In this document: positions 49,162 to 61,344 of the stretch, one piece after another
Position numbering within the stretch: the stretch's first letter is position 1
How the letters are laid out: every line of letters begins with the position of its first letter
Notes under the pieces: model-generated
Seen by the model: only the letters and a program-made list of their open reading frames with translations
Told to the model about the DNA's origin: nothing
Databases searched by the model: none
Source of the DNA: Hypanus sabinus
Taxonomy: Eukaryota
Assembly: GCF_030144855.1 (NCBI RefSeq)
Contig: NC_082722.1
Coordinates: 1,922,001-1,986,000, forward strand
Direction of reading: 5' to 3'
DNA length: 64,000 nt
Program-made: the position numbers and the translations under genes

Positions 49162-49489
49162 TATGCAATGCTCTCGCACTGGCTGTGACAAATATCCTGT
49201 CCGAAAGGACTGATGATTGAAAACCCGTGACATTTCGCTGTTGCGTTCTTTTTCGAATGCACCAACAGTTTCCAGCTAACCTTCCGAAAAGCAACCCTTC
49301 ACCACGACCGCCTCGCCCACTCTGCTTGCAACATCTTCAGCCCATGATCTTGTGAGACATACACTCCCACAGAGGATCGCACCGATAAACCCATTTTAGA
49401 ATGGATAGGCTCGCTGTAAATGACGACCTGCACATATTACGGCCGCAACTGACAAAGAATCGCGGTCGTACATAAGAACAACATGTGCT

Positions 49490-50020
49490 CAGTTCTGCTC
49501 GTCTCACTACAGGAAGGAAGTGGAACCATAGTGAGGGTGCAGAGGAGATTTACAAGGATGTTGTCTTGATTGGAGGCATGCCTTATGAGAATAGGTTGAT
49601 TGAACTCGGCCTTTTCTCCTTGGAGCGAAGGAGGATCAGAGGTGACCTGATAGAGGTGTACCAGATGATGAGAGGCATTGATCGTGTGGATAGTCAGAGG
49701 CTTTTTCCCAGGGCTGAAATGGTTGTCACAGGAGGATACAGGTTTAAGGTGCTGGGGAGTAGGTACAGAGAAGATGTCAGGGGTAAGTTTTTTACTTAGT
49801 GAGTGGTGAGTCCGTGGAATGGGCTGGTGGAACGGTGGTGGAGGCAGATACGATAGGGACTTTTAAGAGACTTTTGGATAAGTATATGGAGCTTAGAAAA
49901 TTAGAGGGTTATATGTAAGCCGCGTAATTTCTAAAGTAGGAACGAGTTCGGCATAACTTTGTGGGCCGAAGGGCCTGTATTGTGCTGTAAGCTTTCTATG
50001 TTTCTATGTCTCTATGTTTC
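49490..50020 (+). mobile_element. CR1 3' end fragment
   Basis: LGLFSLERRRIRGDLIEVY..M.GIDRVD; tail (CTATGTTT)n. Confidence 0.85.
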
Positions 50021-50029
50021 TAATATTAT

Positions 50030-53000
50030 TCCGCCACCGCCTCAGAGGTCAGACCCACAGTACATGTTACTAAGCGGCCGTCTGCGGTCATTTGAGCTGT
50101 GTTTGTGAGAAGATTATTCAAATTTAGTCCATCTCGGATATCTTGATTCCTGCTGAGTTTGCAGTGAGCTAAATTTTAAACATTAACACGTATCGGTAAA
50201 TTATTCCGAACTCATCCACGTTGAGATAAAAGACTACAAGATAGGGGCGCTTATGGAGTGAGACTGTTTTAGGCTTCGCTCCAATCCTTTTACTTTTTTC
50301 AACCTACAATCACCCCCTAATTGACCTGTTCATACCTATTCTAAAGGGGTTGATACTTATGAAATTTTTTTAACTGTTTGAATTATTTTTCAACTCGTTA
50401 AAATGTCTAAACCACGAGAACCTAAGGAATCGAAACTAGCGAAAGTACCGTTAACTTTGGAAGCAATTGCGAAACTTATGGACGACAGACTTGAGAAACT
50501 GGAGAATAAACTCACCCCAAAGCTTGCTAAGCTCGATGAAATTTTAAGGACAGTCAATGCAAAACTTCAATCCCTTACACTGGATTCTCAACGACAACAA
50601 GCAAGAATTTTAGCTCTCGAAGATGCCGCTTGCCAGAGAGATCGCAAAATTGAAGCTCTGGAACAACTGAGTTCCAGACTTCTCAACAGTTCGACTTCTC
50701 AACTGTTGGATCGTTATAAATCTGAAATTACTGATCTTGAAAACCGGTCTCGAAGACAAAATCTCCGGATAACTGGGCTTCCGGAAAATTTTGCGAACGG
50801 TGATCTGACTGTATTTTTCTCTAAATTTTTAATGGCCGTCTTCGGCTCAGAAGTTCTGCATACCCCTCCAATAATCGACCGTGCACATCGCATTTCTCGT
50901 ATTCAACCAGCTCCAGGTACGAAACCACGACCAGTGATTCTCCGGATTCATTATCCTCATACTAAACAACGTCTGATTCGGGCTGCCCGGAAAAGGGGTA
51001 TGATCAGCTTTCAAAATTTCAAATTTCGTATTCCCGAAGTCGGGAAGTGGCCTGGTCGAGGGAAGTGCCTGGGATGAATAGTACTAGTCTTTGGTTCGAG
51101 AGTCTTCGGCGAGGGTGAATTGCAGAGGGTGAAGTCATGACCGCTAAACTGATTCAGTGTGTTACGTACATGATGTGGGAGGTCAGGGACACTGATGGTG
51201 CCCCCGGCTGCTACAGCTGTGGAAAGTGTGTCCAGATTCAGCTTCTGAAGGAGCATGTTGCAGCGCTGAAGAAAGAACTGGATGACCTCAGGTTTATCCG
51301 CGAAAACGAGGGAAGAGCGAAAGGGGGCATCGATGAGGAAGGAAAGGATGGTTGAAGTACAGGAGAACCCAGGGGATGTACCTCTAGTAAACAGATTCAC
51401 CATCTTGGAAGCTGTCAGGACAGAAGATACTGCCAGTCTGAGAGGCAGACAGGTCTGCGAGCTGAAAATTGGTGCAGAAGCAGAGACGAGGAGTCGGACA
51501 TCAGGAAGAGCCGTGGTAGTAGGGGACTCCATAGTGAGAGGTACAGAAAGGGGTTTCTGCGGCAACAGGCGGGATTTAAGGATGGTGTGTTGCCTCCCTG
51601 GTGCCAGGATCCAGGACATCACAGACCGATTGCAGGGATCCTCAAGGGTGAAGGTGAACAGCCGGAAGTGGTAGTGCATGTCGGCACAAATGATATCGGG
51701 AAGAAGAGGAAGGACATTCTGCAGTGGGACTTAAGAGAACTCAGAAGAAGGCTGAAAAGCAGGACTTCCAGGGTGGTTATCTCTGGTTTTCTTCCAGTTC
51801 CTCGTGTTGGAGAGGGTAGGAACAGGGAGATAATGGATCTGAATGTGTGGCTGAGGAACTGGTGCAGGAAGCAAGGATTTACATTCTTGGACCACTGGGA
51901 TCTGTTTTGGGGTAGGGATGAATTGTACAAAAGGGACGGGTTGCACCTTAATAGGCGGGGGACCAGCATTCTGGCAGACAGGTTTGCCACTGCAACACGG
52001 ATGTGTTTAAATTAAGTAGTGGGGGGGGGAGTGGATGAACTGGAAATATAAGGATGGAGTTAAAGGGAATGTGAAAATAAGAAAAGTTAAAAAAAGACAA
52101 CAGAATCAATGGAATAGAAAGCTCAAGAAGAGATCAAACAGTATGGCCAAGTGAAATAGGAATTGATATGAAAGTAGAGGGGAGTAACAAATTAAAAATA
52201 TTATATATAAGTGCACGAAGTATAAGGAATAAAGTAGATGAACTTGAGGCTCAGTTGGAAATTGGCAAGTAGGATGTTGTTGGAATAACTGAGACATGGC
52301 TTCAAGCGGACAGGGCCTGGGAAATGAATATTCAAGGATATACATCTTATCGAAAGGACAGACTGACTGGCAGAGGGGGTGGGGTGACTCTGTTGGTGAG
52401 GAATGATATTCAGTCCCTTGCGAGGGGGAACAGAATCTGGGGATGCAGAGTCAGTATGGATAGAACTGAGAAATTCTAAGGGTAGAAAGACCCTAATGGG
52501 AGTTATCTACAGGCCCCCAAACAGCAGTCTGGATGTAGGGTGTAAGTTGAATGAAGAGTTAAAATTGGCATGTCGTAAAGGTAATGATACAGTTGTCATG
52601 GGGGATTTCAACATGCAGGTAGACTGGGAGAATCAGAATGGTACTGGACCCCAAGGAAGGGAGTTTGTGGAGTGCCTCTGAGATGGATTCTTAGAACAGC
52701 TCGTACTGGAGCCTACCAGGGAGAAGGCAATTCTAGATTTCGTGTTGTGCAATGAACCAGATTTGATCAGGGACCTCGAGGTAAAGAAACCATTAGGAGG
52801 TAGTGACCATAATATGATATGTTTTAACCTACAATTTGAGAAGGAGAAGGGAAAATCGATGTATCAGTATTACAGTTGAACAAAGGGAACTATGGAGCTA
52901 TGAGGGAGGAGCTGGCCAAAGTTCAATGGAACAATACCCTAGCAGGGATGACAGTGGAACAAAAATGACAGGTATTTCTGGGAATAATGCAGAAGATGCA

Positions 53001-56000
53001 GGATCGGTTCATTCCAAAGAGGAAGAAAGATCCTAAGGGGCGGCCGTGGCTGTCGAGGGAAGTAAAGGGCAGTATAAAAATAAAAGAGAAGTATAATATA
53101 GCAAAGTTGACCGGGAAACCAGAGGACTGGGAAGCTTTTAAAGAGCAAAAGAAGATAACAAAAAAGGCAATACGCCAAGTAAAAATGAGGTACGAAGGTA
53201 AACTAGCCAAGAGTATAAAGGAGGATAGTAAAAGCTTCTTCAGGTATGTGAATAGCAAATAAATAGTTAAGACCAAAATTGGAGCATTGAAGACAGAAAC
53301 AGGTGAATTTATTATGGGGAACAAGGAAATGGCAGATGAGTTGAACAGTTACTTTGGATCTGTCTTCACTAGGGAAGACACAAACAATCTCCCAGATGTA
53401 ATAGTAGCCAAAGGAACTAGGGTAAAGGATGAACTGAAGCAAACTTATATTAGGCAAGAAACGGTGTTGGATAGACTGTTGAGTCTGAAGGCTGATAAGT
53501 CTGCATGGTCTGATGGTCTGCATCCCAGGGTACTTAAAGAGGTGGCTCTAGAAATCGTGGACGCATTGGTAATCATTTTCCAATGTCCTATTGATTCAGG
53601 AACAGTTCCTGCTGATTGGAGTGTGGCTAATGTTGTCCCACTTTTCAAGAAAGGAGGGAGAAAGGAAACAGGGAATTATAGACCGGTTAGCCTGCCGTCA
53701 GTGGTGGGAAAAATGCTGGAGTCATCTATAAAAGAGGAAATTACGACACATTTGGATAGCAGTAGAAGGATCAGTCCGAGTCAGCATGGATTTATGAAAG
53801 GAAAATCATGCTTGGCTAAACTTCTGGAGTTTTTTGAGGATGTAACTATGAAAATGGACAAGGGAGAACCAGTGGATGTAGTGTACCTGGACTTCCAGAA
53901 AGCTTTTGATAAAGTTCCACATAGGAGATTAGTGGGCAAAATTACGGCACATGGTATTAGGGGCGGAGTACTGACATGGATTGAAAATTGGCTGGCTGAC
54001 AGGAAACAAAGAGTAGTGATTAACAGGTCCTTCCGGAATGGCAGGCTGTGACCAGTGGGGTACCGCAAGGTTTGGTGCTGGGAACGCAGCTGTTTACAAT
54101 ATACATTAATGATTTAGTTGAAGGGATTAAAAGTAACATCAGCAGATTTGCTGATGACACAAAGCTGGGTGGAAGTGTGAAATGTCAGGAGGATGTTATG
54201 AGAATGCAGGGTGACTTGGGCAGGTTGGGTGAGTGGGCAAATGTATGGCAGATGCAGTTTAATGTGGATAAATGTGAGGTTATCCACTTTGGTGGCAAGA
54301 ACAGGAAGGCAGATTACTATCCAAATGGAGTCAAGTTAGGAAAAGGGGAAGTACAACGAGATCTAGGTTTTCTTGAACATCAGTCAATGAAAGTAAGCAT
54401 GCAGGCACAGCAGGCAGTGAAGAAAGCTAATGGCATGCTGGCCTTTATAACAAGAGGAATTGTGGATAGGAGTAAGGGCGTCCTTCTGCAGCTGTACAGG
54501 GCCCTGGTGAGGCCACACCTGGAGTATTGTGTGCAATTTTATTCTCCAAATTTGAGGAAGGACATTCTTGCTATTGCGGAAGTGCAGCGTAGTTTCACAA
54601 GTTTAATTCCCAGAATGGCCGGACTGTCATATGTTGAAAGATTGGAAGCGTCTGGGCTTGTATACACTGAAATTTAGAAGGATGAGAGGGAATCTGATTG
54701 AAGCATATAGGATAATTAAGGGATTGGACACACTGGAGGCAGGAAGCATGTTCCCACTGATAGGTGAGTCCAGAACTAGAGGCCACAGTTTTTGAATAAG
54801 GGGTAGGCTATTTAGAACAGAGATGCGGAAAAACTTTTTCACCCAGAGAGTGGTGGATATGTGGAATGCTTTGCCCCAGAAGGCAGTGGAGGCCAAGTCT
54901 CTGGATGCATTCAAGAGAGAGTTAGATAGAGCTCTTATAGATAGCGGGTTCAAGGGATATGGGGAGAGGGCAGGAACGGGGTACTGATTGTGTATGATAA
55001 GCCATGATCACAGTGAATGGCGGTGCTGGCTAGAAGGGCTGAATGGCCCACTCCTGCACCTACTGTCTACTGTCTATTGAAGTTTTGAGGGCAAGAATGG
55101 CTTTTAAATCGGTTATGTCGGAAATTCATCAGAAAGGCTACATACAAGGGCTGTTATTTCCAGCACAATTGAGAGTTACTCTCAAAGATGAGACTTGACG
55201 GTTGTTCAAATCTCCAGCGGATGCTCAAAGATTCTTTGAAGAACAGTACTTTTTTCACTACCAGTTGACTAATGTATTTTTACCATTTGTATTAACTTTT
55301 TTTCTTTATGCTAATAATTAGTCTATAGATTCAGACCTTTTATAATTTAATGATTCTTTGCTGATAGTGTATTTTTTACACACTTAATAAAGGTCCGTTT
55401 TTTTGGTTTATTCTGAGTTCCTTCTTTTTATATTAATATTCTGTTAGTTTTGAAAGTAAATCATTAGATTTTTTAAAAGTTTATATACACTTTTTATATC
55501 TTTAACGCATAAATATTAAGGTTTTTTAAAGAAACTTTTTTTCTAAGATGTCGTTTCTTTTTCCTGTGAGACCTTAGTGATTGGATACGTCACATCCGTT
55601 TGGAGGTGTCCGAACAAGATTAAGGACTTTCTTTTAAAATATTAGCCATTCTTGTGTTTTAACATTTTAGCTTTTTTTTTCTTTTTTCTTTTAATCCTTT
55701 TGTTTTATATATATAACACTAATTTTATAGTTTAATCTTTGTTATACTAACCCTTTTTTAAAAAATATGGGTGGTTTGTGTCTGTTTTTTTTTACTTTTT
55801 CGTTTGAGTTGCCGTCTTGAGACATGGGGATAAAGTTACTATTAGTTTGCCTGCTTGCCTCTTTTTGACTTTTTTTCTGGGGTTTTGAGGGTGGGGAGGG
55901 GGATTCTTTTTTTGCTTTCCTCTTGCTTAGTTCTACTTCATGGGCTGGCTCGAAACTACAAAAATGGTTGCAGTGTTATGACTTCCGGTTCCTCCTTGAA

Positions 56001-59000
56001 CTTACTTCCCTCTTCCGGATTCATGAGTTCATCTCTTTTTTAACCTTGTGTGTTAAGTCCGATAAATATTGGCAATATTGATAAGATTATTAATTTTGTT
56101 TCTTGGAATACTAATGGTTTCAATCATCCGATCAAATGGAAAAAAATATTCAAAGTATTCCACAGAATGAATGCTAATATATCTTTGTACAAGAGACTCA
56201 TGTGGGAAGGTGGATAGTCGACGTTTATTTTAGGTTTTGGAAAGACCAACAGTATCACTCGAATTCCCAAACTAAAGTAAGAGATGTTTCCATTTTTATA
56301 GATGCTTCAACCTCTTTTATACACCATGAAACAATATTGGACCCACAAGGTAGATTTTTGCTTATTACTGGCCTACTTTTTAATCAAAAATTTGTTTTAG
56401 TTAATGTTTAAGCTCCAAACACTGATTGTCCTGAATTTTTTAAGTGTTTATTTACATCCCTTCCTAATTTAAATGAGTACATGTTGATAATGGGTGGGGA
56501 TGTTAACTGTTGCTTAAATCCTTTGATGGATAGATCTAAATCCACCCAGGTTCTTCCGAATAAATCAGCCTCTCTTATTAACTCCTTTATGGTTGATTCT
56601 GGAATTTCTGAAATTTAGCGATTCATACACCCCAACAATAATTAATTTTCATGCTTTTCTCATGTTTATCATAATTATTCAAGAATTGACTACTTCTTTA
56701 TTGATCATCGTTTACTTACGGATGTTATTGATTGTAAATATGATTCCATTACCATTTCTGACCATGCACCTTTGAAGCTATCTATTAAGACAATGGATTC
56801 ATCTTCTAATGCTAAATTTCGGAGGTTTAACTCTACTCCAGGACTCAGACATTCGTAACTTAATTAAACAACAAATTGATTTTTTTCAACAAATTCTACA
56901 GAAGAGATCTCTAGTGGAACATTCTGGGACATTTTTAAAGCTTTTATTTGCGGAGAGATTATTTCATACTCTGCTGGAATTAGGAAACAAACTAATGCTG
57001 AAATATTAACATTAGACGATAATATTAAAGAAATTGATGATTTATTCAGTGACCACCCAGTAAAAAATTTTATAAAGAGAGGGTTGAACTTCAAATGCAG
57101 CACAGTTTGTTATTATCCTCTTCGATTGAAAATCAGTTAATTAAATCTAGATCCTGTTTTATGTATATGAAGATAAATCGCAAATTATTAGCTAATCAAT
57201 TAAAAACTGCTTTAGTTAAACGACAAATCATTAAGATTCGTAAACGAGACGACACTTTGACCATTGATCATAAAGAGATAAATAAAACCTTTCAAGATTT
57301 TTATAACTCTTTATATCAATCAGAATCTGTTGAGGGTTCTTCCGTAATGGATGAATTTTTAAGAAAATTGAATCTCTCGAAACTAACAACAAAAGATAGT
57401 GTACTTCTAGACGCACCTATTATAGAAGCTGAAATTAAAAAGGTTATTTTTTTAAATGAATTCAGGTAAAGCCCCTGGAACGAATGGTTATACTGCAGAA
57501 TTTTTAAAATCCTTTTCTTCTATACTCTCTCCTTGGCTTTGTAAAATTTATAAAGATGTGTTAACTGTAGGTAAATTACCACAATCTTTTTATGATCACT
57601 CCATTTCTCTAATTCTTAAAAAAGATAAAGACCCCACTGTATGTGCATCCTATCGCCCTATATCCTTGCTGAATATGGATTCTAATATTTTTACCAGAAT
57701 TTTGGCCACTAGGTTAGAAAATATAGTATCTCAAATTATCTCTGAAGACCAGACCGGATTTATTAAAAATCGTTATTCATCTTTTAACATTAGAAAATTA
57801 ATTAACATAATTTATGCTCCTTCATCTAAAATACCAAAATGTGTCATTTCCTTAGATGTGGAAAAAGTGTTTGATAGAATTGAATGGCCATATTTATTTA
57901 ATATGTTGCAGAATTTTAATTTTAGTCTGAAATTTATATCATGGATTAAATTAATATATTATAAACCATTGGCTTCGGTTCTTACCAATAATCAAAGATC
58001 TCCTTTTTTTCAGTTATCCCGTGGTACGAGGCAAGGCTGTCCTTTAAGTCCTCGATTATTTGACATTCTTTTGGAACCTTTAGCCATTGTCATTCGTGAA
58101 TCACCTAATATTTTTGATATTACCCATGAGGAATGGACTTACAAGTTATCATTATATGCTAATGATTTGTTATTATACATATCTGACCCTGAGAAATCTA
58201 TTTTTGCTATTTTGTCCTTGCTTGCTCAGTTTAGTAGCTTTTCTGCTTACAAACTGAACTTTAATAAGAGTGAATTTTTCTATTAAATATGCAAGATCCG
58301 ATTTATAAACACTTAGCATTTAAAGTTGTCACAGATCATTTTACTTATTTGGGTATTAAAATTACCAAGAAAGATAAGGATTTATTTGAAGTTAATTTTT
58401 TACCTTTAATTGACCAAATCAAGCAACTTGTTACAAGGTGGTCCCCATTATCTCTGTCATTGGTTGGTCGAATTAATGCTATTAAGATGATAGTATTACC
58501 CAAATTTTTAGATTTACTTCGAGCATTACCAATTTTTATTCCTAAATCTTTTTTGATATTATTGACTCCAAAATAACCTCGTATGTGTGGCAGAATAATA
58601 ATCCTAGATTAAGTAAAAAATAGTTACAGATGCCTAAGAAGGAGTGTGGCATGGCTTTGCCAAACCTGAAATTTTACTATTGGACAGTTAATATTCGATA
58701 TTTAATATTTTAGACACAAGAATCGATTATAGCATCTAGCCCACAATGGGTAAATTTGGAATGTAAATCTGTACAAGACTTTTCATTGTTTTCTATTTTA
58801 AGATTTTCGCTTCCTTTTGGTTTACCTAAATTGAATAAGCAAATAACTAATCCTATAGTTAAACATACATTACGAATATGGTTTCAATTTCGTAAATTCT
58901 TTGGCTTGAATAAGTTTATCTTATCAAGCTCTATTATATTTAACATTTTTTCGCCCTCTTTTATAGATCAAGCATTTGTATTATGGAAAACAAAAGGTAT

Positions 59001-60350
59001 AAACTGTTGTCGTGATCTATTTTTAGGTAACAGTTTTATGTCCTTTGAACAGCTATCTAATAAATATAATTTGACAAAAACTCATTTCTTTAGATACCTG
59101 CAAGTTAGAAATTTCTTGAATAATATGTTACAGTTTTTTTTCCGAAATTATGTCCAATGGACATTATGGAAAAAGTTTTAGCTCTGAATCCTTGCCAGAA
59201 GGGTTTAGTAGCCATCATTTATAATATGATCATGAAAATACAGCCAGAAGTATCAGAAAAAAATAAGAAGGAATGGGAAAAAGTTCATTGTCTTATACCC
59301 ACAGAGCAGTGGGAGAAAATTTTACAATTAGTCAATTCTTCTTCTGTTTGTGCTAAACATGCCAATACAATTTAAGGTTGAACATAGGGCTCACATGTCC
59401 AAGGATAAACTTGCTGGAATTTATTCTTATGTTATTCTTATTCGTATTTTACTCTTCTGGTGGATAATAGTTGTTTATCCTCCTCAGCCCGGCGGATGAT
59501 TGCATTTGTTACATTAATGGCTAGAAGATCTATCCTATTGAACTGGAAAGAAACTAATCCTCCAAATATATTTCAGTGGTTTACTCAAACTATTCTTTGT
59601 TTGATTTTAGAAAACATAAGATTTTAACATAAGATTTTATTCTTATATTCTTATTTTATTCTTATCTGTCACCTGTGACAGATGTCATTCTGAAGTTGCT
59701 TCATTGACCCACAAGTTTTGGTCTTGCCCTTGCTTGCAAAATTATTGGAAAGATATTTTCGGTATTATTTCAACAGTTCTGAATATCAAATTGCAACCGC
59801 ATCCTATTACTGCAATTTTTGGTTTATCAATGGTGGATAATAGTTGTTTATCCCCCTCAGCCCGGCGGATGATTGCATTTGTTACAGTAATGGCTAGATC
59901 TATCCTATTGAACTGGAAAGAAACTAATCCTCCAAATATATTTCAATGGTTTTCTCAAACTATCCTTCATTTGAGTTTAGAAAAAAATTGAAGTGTTGTC
60001 TTTGACCCTTCAGTTACAATTGAAGAAACTGAGAGACCATTTATTCAACATTTTCATAGGATCTAAACTGACTTTTCCTAAACCTTACTTTTATTATCCT
60101 TAATTATTTGGATGAAGGTGCAGAGTTATTGACGCTACTGTGTATAATTGATATAATGCAAAGGCCCATGTTGGTTGTGTTTTTTTTTTAATTTACTCCA
60201 TTTTTCGTAATTGCTATGAGTTTGGGAGATTATTATATATGGATTATCATCTATTTGTATTTATACTTTAAACTATTAATGATGTACTCTTAAACTCTCT
60301 GTATTGATGTTTCATTCGTTTGTTTAAAATTAATAAAAAGATTTTAAATA
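50030..60350 (+). mobile_element. Near full-length L1-clade LINE (about 6.3 kb after removing the nested CR1), decayed
   Basis: ORF1 50403-51035 resuming at 55084 (coiled coil, RRQNLRITGLPE, IDRAHR, PRPVI, LFPAQLRV); ORF2 from ~56076 (SWNTNG, SRIDYF, SYRPISLLN, RGTRQGCPLSP, LYANDLLLY, C-terminal CDRCH..H.FWSC); A-rich 3' end. Confidence 0.92.
51041..55078 (+). mobile_element. Near full-length CR1 LINE nested in L1 ORF1
   Basis: ORF1 QCVT.MMW..CGKC, VVGDSIVRG, CLPGAR, HVGTND; ORF2 APE and RT; (CTACTGT)n tail; probable 5-bp TSD GAAGT at 51036-51040 and 55079-55083. Confidence 0.92.
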
Positions 60351-60504
60351 AAGACTACAAGATAATGCAAAAAATAAATAAACAACTCCAAATTTGGAAA
60401 AGCACGGAGGAGCAAAGAGCAGGAGCGCCGTCTGTGATCTCCAAGCCGTTCACCCCGATGGTATCTTCGTTATTGCTTCCGTCTTCAATCATTTTGATTT
60501 AGAT

Positions 60505-60945
60505 TTACAAGGAGTTGCCTGGATTGGAGGTTGAGTGAACTTGGCCTTTTCTCCTTGGAGCGACGGAGGATGAGAGGTGCCCTGATAGAGGTGTACAAGA
60601 TGATGAGAGGTATTGATCGTGTGGATACTCTCAGGCTCTTTTTCCCCAGGCCTGAAATGGCTAACACGAGGAGGATAGTTTTAGGATGCTTGGAAATAGG
60701 TACCTACAGGATGTCGAGGTTAGCTTTTTCAGACAGAGAGCGGTGGGTGCGTGAAATGCACTGCCGGCCGTGTTGGAAGTAGGTACAGTGGAGTCTTTTA
60801 AGAGCCTCTTAGATAGGTACATGGACCTTAGAAAACCAGAGGGCTATGCGCTAGGGAAATTCTCGGCAGTTTCTAGAGTAAGTTACATGGTCAGTACAGC
60901 CACGAGCGGAAGGACCTGCAAGGTGTTCTATGTTGTATGTTCTAA
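60505..60945 (+). mobile_element. CR1 3' end fragment
   Basis: LGLFSLERRRMRGALIEVYKMMRGIDRVD; CR1-type 3' UTR. Confidence 0.8.
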
Positions 60946-60949
60946 AAGT

Positions 60950-61245
60950 TCCTGCCATAGTTCTACCAGCGTTTCAACTTCGCAGCTGGAGGAGATAGTA
61001 TATTAGACCTGCTGTATACCAACGTTTATAGAAACTATAGGAATGTCCCCCACTCCCGCTCCAGTCCTTGCCTCAGGTATTCAGACCACATATCGAATTT
61101 GCTAACCTGTGGATATAGACAACTATTAATCAAGGCAAACCTTGTTTAACTGAAGAACAGGACCAGACCAGAAGTTACCTCCTGAGTGCTGCAGGACTGC
61201 TCCGAAAGCACGGACTCGAGCATATCCAGGCAGATAGTGAACACT
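60950..61245 (+). mobile_element. Rex1/Babar endonuclease C-terminal remnant
   Basis: Resembles LD.LYT..YR.Y...P..G.SDH...L.P..YRQLL..KP...LQDC.ESTD with frameshifts. Confidence 0.5.
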
Positions 61246-61344
61246 TAAGAACCAGTGGCTGGTTGAGTAGGAAAATACATTAAGGAAGTTACCGGAATTA
61301 AAGTCAACACCGCCAGAGCCTACCAGAATTATGCCTGACTGTGT

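Noticed and set aside
50403-51077. 224-aa coiled-coil ORF as a host gene
   Set aside because: It is L1 ORF1p, truncated by the CR1 insertion.
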